Counted from the stretch's first letter, positions 23,226 through 35,609 are shown. The stretch: DNA of 64,000 nt from Octopus bimaculoides (GCF_001194135.2 NC_068992.1:24278270-24342269), one strand, 5' to 3'. Program-made: numbers and translations. The notes: a model not told the origin generated them from the sequence alone.

Positions 23226-23665
23226 AGGCGCAGGTGTAGCTGTGTGGCAATAAGTTTGCTTGTCAACCACATGGATCTGGGTTCAATCCCACTGAGTGGT
23301 ATCTTGGACAAGTGTCTTCTTCTATAGGCTTGGCTCAACCAAAGCCTTGTGAGTGGATTTAGTTGTTGGAAACTAAGCATGTGTGTCTGTGTGTGCATGT
23401 GTGCACATGTATGCATACCTGCACATCTGTGTTTCTAGCACCTTGCGTTGACTTCATATGATAATTGTTAACGAGTACCAATGCCTTGCTAGCAGTGTCC
23501 GGTTTTAGTCTCCTGCTTGAATCATGTCTTTTTATGGGGAAAATGCTGTCTTAGTTGGAAACAGATGAGGTTTGGTAACAGAGAAAGTCTTTCAGCCATA
23601 GAAAAATCTGCCTCAACAAATTCCGTCCAACCCATGCAAGTAAAGAGAAAATAGATGTAGAAGCT
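23226..23665 (+). mobile_element. SINE: A head + (TG)n + H tail
   Basis: A head at 23226-23375; H tail ...TTGGAAACAGATGAGG...GAAAATCTGCCTCAACAAATTCCGTCCAACCCATGCAAG. Confidence 0.75.
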
Positions 23666-23895
23666 ATGGTGATAACAATTACGGTGATGATGACGATGAT
23701 GGTGGTGGCGGTGGTGATCGTAATCATCATCATGATGATGTTGATGATGATGGTGGTGGTGGTAGTGGTTTTGGTGATGATCATGATGATGTTGATGATA
23801 ATCATCATCATGATGGTGGTGGTGATGGTGATCATGATCATGATGATGGTGGTGGTGATCATGATGATGATAGTGGTGGTGGTGATGATGATGGA
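23665..23895. repeat. Compound (GAT/GGT)n microsatellite
   Basis: Direct inspection; source of poly-M/V/T/I ORFs. Confidence 0.95.
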
Positions 23896-24020
23896 TTCAA
23901 TTAGTAAAAGAACAACTACAAATATTCTTAACTATTTTATTTCTGCTCACATGTCTTCAGAGATTCCATCTTCAGAAATTGAAAATCATACCATTTTTCT
24001 TGAAATTACTTTTGTTCTTA

Positions 24021-24300
24021 TGAAGGCATATGGCCTAGTGGTTAGACACGTTGCACTTACAACCACGATGGTGTGGTTTCAATTCCTAAGACTGGCTGTA
24101 CATTATATTCTTAAGCAAAACACTTTATTTCACATTGCCCTCACTCCACCCAGCTGTAAACGGGTCACCCTATGACAGAGTAGCTTTCTGATCAGGGAAG
24201 AATGTTGGCCTGTTCCCCTAACCATTTGGGTGCATCATTCAAAACCTAAGACAATACAAAGTGCATTGTGACCAGCAATGTATAACAACATCTGATAGTC
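24021..24300 (+). mobile_element. Family G-type head with an alternative tail
   Basis: TGGCCTAGTGG A-box, GTTTCAATTCC B-box, then TTCTTAAGCAAAACACTTTATTTCACATTG as at 6966; 3' half differs. Confidence 0.6.
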
Positions 24301-24489
24301 TGCGCAATCATGTAATCATATTTGTTCTTAACTTTTTTCCTATGGGAGTCAGATATATCCATTCAAAATTTCTTTGCCTTTAACAGCAGACAGTAGTTTT
24401 ACATATGAATGTCCTATTTGAAACTATTTTCGTTGCAATACATCAAATTTTCAAGCAACATGACTAGTAAAAAATTTTATTTTATTAGT

Positions 24490-24622
24490 GAAGGGCATCC
24501 AGCTGTAGAAACTCTGCCAGACCAAATTGGAGGCTGGTGTAGTCTTCTGGCTTGCCAGTCCTCAGTCAAATCATCCAACCCATGCTAGCATGGAAATCAG
24601 ACGTTAAACGATGATGATGATA
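24490..24622 (+). mobile_element. Family D 3' end
   Basis: GAAGGGCATCCAGCTGTAGAAACTCTGCCAG...CATGGAAATCAGACGTTAAACGATGATGATG. Confidence 0.85.
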
Positions 24623-24780
24623 TGAAACACTGGAATATCATGAAATATAATTTCACACTTAAAGGGTTAATAAAAACGTTTTGCTTTCCTTAAAATAATG
24701 TGCATGAGTGAGAGGGAAATGTTGTCAGTGTCCTATTAACAGATTAAGGGGTGTAAAAACTGAGGCTGAATGCATTTATA

Positions 24781-25015
24781 CAGTTCTATATTTAAGGGAT
24801 GGGGAATAATGTACATTATTTACATTATTTACCTTCCAGGCAGTGACCTGAATAATAATAATAATAATAATAACAACATCGAAAAATGCCTTAGGAACGA
24901 GAACCCAGGTTCAAAATTTCCCCAAGACACCTGATGAAGGCTGGAAATGTTGGAAATGTTGTGTTAACAACAAACAAGAAGAGGACAAATATCTGTCAAA
25001 TGTAAATGTATTTAT
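24781..25015 (+). mobile_element. Family E body (24834-25015, +) preceded by an inverted E tail (24781-24830, -)
   Basis: Body homologous to 29540-29704 with an internal deletion in hammerhead helix II; 24781-24830 is the reverse complement of the E 3' tail seen at 8232-8278. Confidence 0.8.
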
Positions 25016-26409
25016 ATGTGTTTAACGACCACAGAAAAATGATATAGATATGACAGATCTCGAAATCAGACTTATGATTCACTGAACAGCATGTCATTTA
25101 ACCAATTCTGTAGAATGCTCTACTACAGAGTAACTATATCATTCAGCTGAAAAATTTCTAATATAGAATTAATACTTCAACCTTTGGGCCGGTCAAATGT
25201 TGAAATTCTATCCATTAGATTTCAAAGGAAATTAAGTTTAATGATGAAGAAAAAGACGAAATAAAAACAGAGCAAGAAAAAAATAAAAGAAAGAAATATA
25301 TATTTTTTGGTATTTGCTTGTTTGTTTTTTAACGTTTGGCAGAGAATCAAGAGACATGACTTAAGGATTGTCAAGAAATACACAAATAGCATTGAACAGA
25401 ATTATTAGCGATAATCAGCTTTTAGTGGAATAAATTATCAAAATAGAGAAATAAAATGATGATGATGATGATGATGATGATAATACTAATAATGATAATG
25501 ATAAAAAAGCAGAAAGGAAAGGAAAGAGAAGAAATAAAGCCTTGAGAAAACTATTTTTTTTCGGTTTTTAATTATCTTTCTTTACTTCCTTTCCATAAGC
25601 CTGCAGTTATTGTGAACACTTCTATCAGAATAATCTCCATTAATACTTTATTATCCACTGAAGATTTCAGTTAATCTATGTTTTACCTAGTCTACGTTTA
25701 AGAGGTTTTTCACTGAGCTCACCTATATTCCTTATTAGACATCTCCTCCCAAACACCGTTCCACCTCTCCCTCTCCCTCCCCTCCCACACACACATTCAT
25801 GTATGTTAGCGCTAACACTGTCTCGATAACGAGATGCTTTTGCTGGTCTTTCAGTAAAATCTCGAGTACGGAAGACATGTATGTACAGATGTGGATACAT
25901 ATTCATAGAAAGAAAAAACAAAAAAAAAATTTAACTTTTCCTCCTGACAATTGATTAGTCATTTCCTCTTTATTTATTTATCCATCTTATCATGCATATT
26001 CACCATTTGCTATTCTCGATTTCCTTTCTGTTCGTATAAAGGTGGGAGTAAGTAATTTTAAGCCAACAAATATCTTATTCAAAACCAAAAACTTTTAATG
26101 CAGGCCAAAATAAAATAGTTCCCAATAACCTGCTGATAAGATATAGAATGAATATGTCTTGGATAACTACCATTCTTAGAGTTTCAAAACATTTATACAG
26201 CGATAAGAGAATGCTTACATAATAATAATGATGATGATGATAAATATGTTTGTATGTGTGTGAATGGGCAAAAATGCAGATTAGATTTACCGGTTTGGTA
26301 TAAGAGTTTAACACCTGTAAGCACTTATTGTAGAGATGCAGTGCAGACTGACATGAAAAAAGTACAGAGAAAAATGTGTTTGGTAAAGACTTTTATGAAT
26401 ATGAGAAGA

Positions 26410-26690
26410 AATATGGAAAGTGTAAATGTGCCTTTAATAATTGGTGCATTGGGAACCGTAATCAAAGATATAGACAAATGGTTGAAGGAGGTTGGAATAG
26501 AATGTCCTGTAGAGCTTCTGTCGAATGTTTGCCTCTTAGGGACAGCAATGATTATCAGGAAGGTTTTAAGCACTTGAAAGACTATTGAAAACTTGTGGAT
26601 ACCGAGGGTTACAGGTAATAGTAACCTGCTATCCACATAAGTCCTACCAAGAATAAGACGGAACTTGAGTCAAATCAATGATAATAATAA
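26410..26690 (+). mobile_element. R4/Dong-like 3' fragment
   Basis: MESVNVPLIIGALGTVIKDIDKWLKEVGIECPVELLSNVCLLGTAMIIRKVLST*, then 3'UTR and AAT. Confidence 0.85.
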
Positions 26691-27099
26691 ATGTCTTTTT
26701 ATGTGAATGTGTGGGAGAAAATACAGATTAGATTTACCTGTTTGGTATAAGAGTTTAACACCTGTAAGCACTTATTGTAGTGATGTGGTGTACAGTGCAG
26801 ACTGATACTAAAAAAGTACCGAGAGAAATGTATTTAGTAAATACTTTTCTGAATTTTAGAAATCTTCTAAAAAAAGCAATTTATCAGCGTTACTGCTATG
26901 ATTTTTATCACCACTGCTACTAAAATCATTTAGAATCAGACACTAGAATTGCAGTTATTGGTAGAGCAATGTGCCATTTCAGCATTTTTTCCTTAGAAGA
27001 AAAGAGGTTGGTAAAAAATGCCTAACTTGCTATCTTCAATTCTGATTTCATGCCTGTCCTTGTCTAAGGTCATATAGATGTTAAGTAACGGCTGAAAGA

Positions 27100-27480
27100 G
27101 TATGATCACGAATATGAGTGGTTGGATTGGGATTCCTCCAAAGGATCTCTGGAATAAAGTTACTCAACAAGGTGCATAACTTGGAAATCAAGGAATATCT
27201 CAAGTCAAGCCACTGCTTCTCCACATTTAGTAGTCACAGACATGTGGCTAGAATTATGCTGGAAAGAATCACAAAACGGATTCTTTAAGTTGAACCAATG
27301 TACTGGAGATCTAGGAGTAAACCAAGAATGAAATGGCTGGATAACATCCATAGTTTCAAACTATCAGGCCTGAGAATCCAGCAGAAAATGTGTAACAGCA
27401 GTTGTTTCTGATTTACCCCTTATGAGGAAATGTATAAGGACGCTACCCAAACAGCCCTCTCAGGAAGAGTGAATGCAAAA
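27100..27480 (+). mobile_element. RTE-like LINE 3' remnant
   Basis: RHVARIMLERITKRIL*VEPMYWRSRSKPRMKWLDNI resembles RTE C-terminal 'GHVxRM...R.RGRPRxxWxD'. Confidence 0.65.
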
Positions 27481-28318
27481 CTTGGTGAATGGATGGATTG
27501 ATGGATGGATTGATTAATTATATACAGTAATCTGCCAATTTGGCTGTTTAACAGTGTTTTGTCTGAATATGTTTGAGATCAATGATCTCAATAGAAAGAA
27601 CTTCTTTAGTCTACTGCAACTTAATCACTTGTCAACACTGTCTGGGTTAGATATCTGAGACAACAATCAAGTTATTGGAATTGCTTGACCCAAAATATTG
27701 GTTTAGTTGTCCAATACGATGATTTCATTGTCCTAAATATGATCCATATAAGTTGTAGAAGCTAGGATAGCAGTTCTTTACTTAAGATACTTTGTCTTAG
27801 ACAAGCCAAAACAATTAATGGAAATGTTCCATCATTGATTATATTAACATTGATTTATTTTCAGTTCACACTATTGATTACTAGTTAGGTATCACTAAGA
27901 TTCATAGTCTAGCTGTTACTGTTGTAGGCACAGAGAAAATCGTTGTCAGTTTATAAACAGTCTTGAGGTATCACCAAATAAATAGACTGTATTGAGGGAC
28001 TGCCCTATAGCAGTGTGTCACAACATTCACCATTTGTAGGTGATACCTTACTCCTGATGGCTGACATCCTTGCACCTCTTGGGTGACAACCCTTCAACCC
28101 ATGGGTCTATTTTGAGTAGTCATTGCTGGTAAGGGCTTTACAAGGGTGTAGTGCAAATCCTAACCCAACCTCTTTTAGTTGCCTCTTAAGGCACACAAAG
28201 GAATTATTGGGTCTGCTTTTTGGCAATGCCAGTCTCCACAAATTACATAATGAAGAGCAGTTATTAAATTCTTGAGAATAATGAAAGAGAGAAGACACAT
28301 TCTTTTATTCTTTCTTTC

Positions 28319-28684
28319 TTTTACTTGTTTCAGACATTTGATTGCGGCCATGCTGGTGCACCACTTTTAGTTGAGCAAATCGACCCCAGGACTTATTTTT
28401 TGTAAGCCTAGTACTTATTCTAACAGTCTCTTTTGCTGAACTGCTAAGTTATAAAGACATTAACACACCAGCATCAGTTGTCAAACGATGTTGGGGGGGC
28501 ACAAACACACACACACGCACACGACAGGCTTCTTTCAGTTTCCATCTACCAAATGCACTCACAAGGCTTTGGTTAGCCCGAAATTATAGTAGAGGACACT
28601 TGCCCAAGGTGCCATGCAGTGAGACTGAACCCGGAACCATGTGGTTGGGAAGCAAACTACTTGCCATACAGCCACTCCTGTGCC
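28319..28684 (-). mobile_element. SINE family A, full length
   Basis: Complete head, CA hinge and tail. Confidence 0.92.
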
Positions 28685-28786
28685 TATGTAAACGATCTCC
28701 AAGATATTAAATCACTTTACTTAGGACACTGAGAACATCAGACACTAACAACAGCGAGGTATATGCTTGAATTTACTCTGTTACCA

Positions 28787-29168
28787 TGGAGGCACAATGG
28801 CCCAGTGGTTAGGGCAGCAGACTCGCAGTCATAGGATCACAGTTTCGATTCCTAGACTGGGTGTTGTGTGTATTTATTGAGCGAAAACTCATAAAGCCCC
28901 ACAAGGCTCTAGCAGGGGTGGTGGTGATCCCTGCTGCATTCTTTCACCACAACTTTCTCTCACTATTTCTTCATGTTTCTGCTGTACTTGCATTTCAAAG
29001 GGCCAATCTTGTCACACTCTGTGTCACACTAAATCTCCCCGAGAACTATGTTAAAGGTACACGTGTCTCTAGAGTGCTCAGCCACTTGCACGTTAATTTC
29101 ACGAGCAGGCTGTTCCATTCATTGGATCAACTGGAACCCTCATCATTGTAACCGACAAAGTGCCATAA
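28787..29168 (+). mobile_element. tRNA-headed SINE family C, full length
   Basis: A-box TGGCCCAGTGG, B-box GTTTCGATTCC; homologous to 33564-33951 (-) and 42900-43122 (-). Confidence 0.9.
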
Positions 29169-29251
29169 TACTCTCTTACCTCAGAAACTACTGATGACAA
29201 TCGTAATGTTTTTCTCAGGGATCACAAAATAATATAAAATAAAGGTTGCTA

Positions 29252-29470
29252 TACATTATTTACATTTGATGGATATTTGCCCTCATCTTGTTTGTTAACA
29301 CAACGTTTCGGCTAATATACCCTCCAGCCTTCATCAAGTGTCTTGGGGGAATTTTCGAACCTGGGTTCTCATTCTTAAGGTATTTTTCAATGTTATTATT
29401 ATTATTATCATTATTATTCAGGTTACTGCCTGGAATCAAACTCGGAATCTTGGGGTTAGTAGCCTGCGGT
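29252..29470 (-). mobile_element. Family E element, 5'-truncated, head-to-head with the 29480 copy
   Basis: Reverse complement of 29509-29704; hammerhead core reads TTGATGA (C3>U). Confidence 0.9.
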
Positions 29471-29479
29471 CTTATTTGT

Positions 29480-29728
29480 GGACATATAGCGTAGTGGTTA
29501 AGAATACAGCTACTAACCCCAAGATTCCGAGTTCGATTCCAGGCAGTGACCTGAATAATAATAACATCGAAATATACTTTAGGAATGAGAACCCAGGTTT
29601 GAAATTTCTCCAAGACACCTGATGAAGGCTGGAGGGTATATCAGCCGAAACGTTGAGTTAACAAATAAGATGTGGACAAATATCCATCAAATGTAAATAA
29701 TGTACATAATTTCTCATCTCTTAAATAT
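29480..29728 (+). mobile_element. Family E: tRNA-headed SINE with (AAT)n linker and hammerhead-bearing tail
   Basis: A-box TAGCGTAGTGG (29487-29497), B-box GTTCGATTCC (29531-29540), then AAT linker and hammerhead motif; 4 body copies in the window. Confidence 0.85.
29614..29659 (+). ncRNA. Minimal type-I hammerhead ribozyme motif (predicted)
   Basis: Helix I 5' GACAC; CTGATGA 29619-29625; extra A; helix II GGCTG/CAGCC; GAAA 29647-29650; palindromic ACGT helix III; GUU cleavage triplet; helix I 3' GAGTT (GTGTT in sister copies). Activity untested. Confidence 0.7.
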
Positions 29729-30329
29729 AAAATAAATGTTGCTATGTTAGCAAATTATATGTCAGTTAAGTGTATAAACCTGACTGTATTTCATATATCA
29801 TACGCTGGGAAAGCCTCGAGTTACACAAGAAACATGAAGAGTCACGTGAAAAATGAAACATGATAGAAATAGATTTTAGCTGAGGTAGACAGCAACACTT
29901 TTTTTTTCCCAGATATTGATGGCTATAATAGGAGTGTAAAATATATTAAGATATTTATCACATATGTAGAAAAAACATTTCCTTTGTTTTTATTGATTGA
30001 TGTTTTTGTTAATATTGAATTTAACATTTCTTCTGATTATGTAATGGAATGGGAGAAAAATACACTTGAAACATAGTGTTATTTGCTTTTATCTATTATT
30101 GCTGCTTTATTAATTTTTGTATTCATATGCAATCTTGTTGTATGTTCTAACTAAACTTACATCCACAAACAAATAACTTGATCAATATAGCAGCCAGAAC
30201 TTACTCAATAAACACCTCTCTTCAGCCTGCAGGTAATATGCCTTAAGTATATTGATTTTCTAAGACTAAATCACGACCAGAAATATTTGAAGAGTGTTTT
30301 TATGGTGAATTAAAACGACTAATATTTAT

Positions 30330-30692
30330 GTCATAAGTATGCACCATTCAAGCGTGATCGTTGCCAGCGTCGCCTTACTGGCACATGTGCCGGTGACACA
30401 TGAGAAACAACATTCGAGCGTAGTTGTTGCCAGTGCCATTGGACTGGCTCCCATGCAGGTAGCATGTAAAAACACCTTTTGAGTATGGTCGTTGCCAGAA
30501 CCGCCTGACTGGCCCTCATGCCAGTGGCACATAAAAGCACACACTACACTCTCAGAGTGGTTGGCATAAAGAAGGTCATCCAGCTGTAGAAACTTTGCCA
30601 GATCAGATTGAGCCTGGTGGAGCCTTCTGGCTCACCAGTCCTCAGTAAAATCATCCAGCTCATGGAAAGCAGACGTTAAATGATGATGATAA
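30330..30692 (+). mobile_element. Family D retroposon with ~60-bp internal units
   Basis: Homologous to 13345-13745. Confidence 0.85.
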
Positions 30693-32482
30693 TATGCTGA
30701 GTGAAACACTTAGCAGCACATATGTTCTGAGTTGAAATTCTGATAGGGTTGACGTTACTTGTCATCCTTATAAACACCAGTTGAACAAGGGTCTATTTAA
30801 TCAACTTAGTCCCATCCCCCAAATTTGCTGGCTCTGTGCCAAAGTTAGAAGCCAATATTTATGTCCTACTTATTTAACCAATTCTAAAAAGATAAAAATA
30901 AAAAGTGATGTCAAACTTGGAAACCCTGTTAGACTTCTCTTGTGAAAGGCAAGGAAAGGTATTTGACAAACCTAGCTGAGTCACTAATTGACCAAAGAAT
31001 GCATTGGCTCAGTAATTAGCAGGATGGTCATCTGCCTGCTGACATTCATTGACATTGTTTCGAAATTGGTCAAAGCAAAAAAGAGAATGAGAAAAATGCG
31101 CTCAACACCAGAGCTGAAGACACCTCTGAAAGGTGGGGCCCCGCCATGTCGGAAACGATAGAGGAGTAGGGGTCAAAATGAATGTGGTTCCCAAAAAGGA
31201 GCTGTTGAGGCAGCTAACCATGAAACGTGGTTGGAATTCTTTATTCTCTCAAGAAGTGAAAGATAATGAGTGCATGTGTTTATTATTTGCATAATGACCC
31301 TCCCAAGATACAAGAAAATATGATTCAACACCTAAGTTTATATCAAGAATCTTGCAAACTAAACACAAAAGTGAACAATGAAAAATGCTATCACAACTCA
31401 GTACACAGTTAATTTAAAACAAAGGAACTGTTTATTTAATGCATTTTGGATATGTTTCACAGGTGTCTTGTTTTGAAGCTATTTCTTGAATAATAGGATC
31501 TTTATTGGAAGCAAACAGACTTTCCTCTTCTCTCCATCATAGAGAAATTAACAAAAGATTCTATTTTGGATTTTGCACGAGTGACTAACCCTAGAAAATC
31601 TAGAAAACCTGTTTTTAAAAGATTTTAAATATTGTTGAATCTCAAAACTTAGGGATTCATGTCTATTGTATGTTTTCCCATTTGCTTTGAAATGGTTTCT
31701 GATGGTTGAAATCATTATTCAAAACATTACTTCTGTTTTTTCTTATTTTTTAAAGAAATAACTTTTTTTTAATATTGAGCTAGCCTATTGTTGAAGTTTA
31801 GAATTTAATTTCAAGACGTGCATGTTTGGTGATTCAATATATTTTTCAGTTTATTAAAAACCGAGATGTTTGCATGATATTCACCTGCAAAAATATGTAA
31901 TATTGAAGAGAAGCTTTTCTCTTCTTAATAAATAAACCCTATTATAAAATACCTGTCTATAACTGCTGATTAACACTGTCGAAATCTTATTCACCAGTGT
32001 TGTGACCTCACTCAAACTAAACCAATTAACCTGACTTCTAGCACAGGAAATGTTTTCTTTGCAATTACGTTTTCTTAAAATAATCCACCTGTATTTTAAG
32101 GTTAATTGTTTAAAGAAAAATTACAGCATGTTAACTGCAATAATGAAAACAAGTTGACATCAGCCAGTAAAACGAAACCAATGTCATCTATCAACATCTG
32201 TCACAAAATGATGATTAGTTGGAACAACAATGATGGAAGCATTAATTTGCCATCACTTTCAAAACTGCAAAACCTCCTGGCAGTTTTATTTTAAAACACA
32301 GGAAATCCTTTCCCAATTATTTGTGGCTTAAATTTGAAGAAGGCAACCTATTTGAAGGTAACAATACAGAGGCTGTCATTAATTTCAGTGATGCCTTCAT
32401 CGTAGTTTGCATTATAACCAGTCTCAAACGAACCAACCACACAGTGTCAATGTCAGCTCTATTACAATGTGCTGCTTCTCTA

Positions 32483-33020
32483 AGGCTAGCAGAAATGTTA
32501 GCACACTGGGTGAAATGGTTAGTGGTATTTCATCTGTCTTTAGGTTTTAAGTTCAAATTCCACGGAGGTCAGCTGTCTTTCGTCCTTTTGGGGGTCGATA
32601 AATTAGGTATCAGTTGCATACTGGGGTCGATCTAACTGACTGGTCCTCTCCCCCAAAATTTCAAGCCATGTGCCTAGAGTAGAAAAGAATATTTTCCACT
32701 GCTAAGGGGTCGATAAATAAAGTACCAGTTATGCACTGAGTCGATGTAATAGTCTTAATCTCTTTGTCTGTCCTTATTTGTCCCCTCTATGTTTATCCCC
32801 TTGTGGGCAATAAAGAAATAAGAAACACTAGCATGCCAGATGAAATGCTTAATGGTATTTCGTCTGTCTTTATGTTCTGAGTTCAAATTCAGCTGAGGTC
32901 GACTTTGCTTTCATCCTTTCGGGGTCGATAAATTAAGTACCAGTTGTGTACCAGAGTTGATTTAATTGAATGGTCTCCTCTCCAAAAATTTAGGGCCTTG
33001 TGCCTTGAGTACAAAATAAT
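32483..33020 (+). mobile_element. Family B SINE cluster (monomer plus 5'-truncated B1-B2 dimer)
   Basis: Monomer at 32483-32690; dimer junction GTGGGCAATAAAGAAATAAGAAACACTAGC at ~32803-32832. Confidence 0.85.
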
Positions 33021-33149
33021 GTGTCACTTCTCTAACCTAATTTATGACTGAATGATTATTGGTGATTAAAACTTTTTGCTTCAATTGATGGCCATATTTG
33101 GAACAAGGAGAACAGGGTGAAATATTCTTTATTGATGCAAACGGAGGGA

Positions 33150-33520
33150 CAACTACTATGCTTGTCAGTGAATATGACACGTATCTGTATAACTTCAACT
33201 CTCTGGGTAGTAATCGCATATTCTACTTCACCAGATATTCTGAGTGTCTCTATGACTATCTCTTATGAACCCATAGATCTCTTACTCTTTCGGTCCTAAA
33301 TCACTTTATCTGCAATGCTTCTGCCAATATTAATTACTGGTTCCTCTGTAGGGTCAGCATGAATTAGTTTCGTTTTATCCCATGCATTCTCTACACAGAG
33401 TTGCTTCTCATAATAAGACTTCTGTGCCATTTTCTTGCACTCTATATCAATACCAAGCATGTCTTCATCATTATCATTTCAACTATTCTTCTCATCAAAG
33501 ACATCTCTCACACACAAGGC
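33150..33520 (-). mobile_element. RTE-like LINE internal remnant (region upstream of the RT)
   Basis: YYEKQLCVENAWDKTKLIHADPTEEPVINIGRSIADKVI*DRKSKRSMGS*EIVIETLRISGEVEY resembles RTE 'HYERLLNVE..W...V.KAI..MK.GKAPGP..I..EMLK'. Confidence 0.65.
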
Positions 33521-33563
33521 TACAACCCAGAAAACTTCATACCTCTAATCTTTACATTGCTGG

Positions 33564-33951
33564 TGTTGTTGTTGGCACTCCGTTGCTTACGATATCGAGG
33601 GTTCCAGTTGATCGGATCAACGGAACAGCCTGCTCGTGAAATTAACCTGCAAGTGGCTGAACACTCCACAGACGCATGTACCCTTAACGCAGTTCTCAGG
33701 GATATTCAGCATGACACAGTGTGACAAGGCTGACCTTTTGAATTACAGGTACAACAGAAACAGGAAGAAAGAGTGAGAGAAAGTTGTGGTGAAAGAGTAC
33801 AGCAGGGTTCGCCACCATCCCCTGCCAGAGCCTCGTGGAGCTTTAGGTGTTTTCGCTCAATAAACACTCACAACGCCCGGTCTGGGAATCGAAACCATGA
33901 TCCTATGACCGCAAGTCCGCTGCCCTAACCACTGGGCCATTGCGCCTCCAC
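33564..33951 (-). mobile_element. SINE family C, full length, young
   Basis: Complete head to (CAA)n tail. Confidence 0.92.
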
Positions 33952-34708
33952 TACCCTTACATTGCAAGTCATGCACAAATCTTTTCCTTTCTGCCTCAGC
34001 TTTAGCTGAGTGTACCTAATCGCTAGCAGTTCTTCAAACCATTTAATAATATTCTTTATGATCACTTAATTGTAGAAACCATGCCAAATCTGATACTGGA
34101 GCTTGTCACAGCCTGCCATTTGCCAGATCTTTTAAAGTCTTCCAACATATGCTAGCATTGACAAAGTATGTTAAGCAAAGATGACTGAACCCTACCACAT
34201 AACTCCGTCCCCTATACCTTTTTACAGCAAAACATATAAATGCATGCTAATGTACTTAAGCACCTATTAGACACATTATTTTGTATTGATTCACAAATCT
34301 CATTGTTGTTTATGATTAATGGGATGTTGTATTTAGCTGTTACAGTTCAGAAAACTGTAAAATATATTCAAAAAAATCACATTAATGTTTGTAAAACCAT
34401 TTACAATATATGAAATTCCGCATGGAGAAACATCTGATGTGTGTCGATTGAGATAATTGTTCCTCGAAAGTACACACATAATCTTGGTGAATTCTTTTAT
34501 GATATTGTTATTTGTTGTTTTAATAATAAAAGTGGGTGTAAATCTAGTCAATTTCTGTTTGATTATCCACAGAGACTATTAAGATCGTCATTAAGCACAC
34601 ACACACACATGAAATAACAAAACACAAAACACTGAAATTATAATTTGCCCTGTTTTTTTGTCAAACAGTAGTTTTTCTGTTATGGTTTCTTTCATTCCAT
34701 TCCTCTGT

Positions 34709-34739
<31 letters not shown>

Positions 34740-35609
34740 TTGAATTTATATATTTCTATTGCAATTGTTGTGGATTCTAATCAGGAATTATCACATCGGA
34801 ACTTTGAATTCTATTATGTATTTGATGTTTCTCAGAGTTATCAGCTTAATTAGACAATTAAAAATTTGTGATTACTGCTTTTTCTTTCTTTCTTTTTTTT
34901 TTGCTATTCAAGTTCATTTATATACCGTTTCCTTCTGCGTTTTCTGTTTCAATCAGAGGTTCCAAAGATTAAGGCTTCACTCTTAAATAAATCTTTGAAA
35001 ATATCAAAAGAGTTTAATAAAATAAAACCCCCCAAAAAGACAGATGTGTAACTATGCATGTGTTTGTAAGTGCACACATGTGCATAAATGCACGCATGTG
35101 TGTGTGTTTGTTTGTGTGCATGTGTGAATCTGCATATTTACATATAAGCAAACAGAGAAAAACATCAACACATGACACGAAAATTAACATGAGCACAACC
35201 ACAAATATTTGGAAAAAATAATAAATCCTAAAAATAAAAGACAAATATAAAAATGAAAAAAAAAAGGCAAAAATAAGAAAATAAATAAATAAATAAATAA
35301 AATAATCAATATATGGGGTGTAAGGTGGCAATGCAGTATTGGAAATAGTCTTATAATGGATATCAATGTTTCTGAACTATTGATTTTGGCAGAAGCAAAA
35401 AGAATCTGCTTGGTAGTAACGATTGCAAGCCTTTAGCGATATAATTGAGTAGACATGTATAGATTTAGTAATGCCATGGATTGCAGAATGGTGTGGAGTG
35501 AAATTTGACTTCTGAAGGTTAAAGATATAAAAATTGCTAGAAAATTATATGCATATTCTAGAAGAAGAAATAGTGCAAAGATATAATCAAAATGTATATG
35601 TATACACAC

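Noticed and set aside
29480-29550. tRNA genes at SINE heads (also 6966, 28787, 33880 and 44306)
   Set aside because: A and B boxes are present, but there is no complete cloverleaf and each continues into a repeat body; these are tRNA-derived SINE heads.
31100-31170. CTGAAGA...hairpins...GGAAACGATAG
   Set aside because: Helices I and III cannot be formed consistently with the core.
33100-33170. GEIFFIDANGGT resembling a Helitron PIF1 Walker A region
   Set aside because: Lacks GKT, has no further helicase motifs, and adjoins an RTE remnant on the other strand.
34333-34551. 72-aa minus-strand ORF in a CpG-richer, repeat-poor region as a possible first exon
   Set aside because: Only a weak donor (GTAACA) and no recognisable signal peptide or homology.
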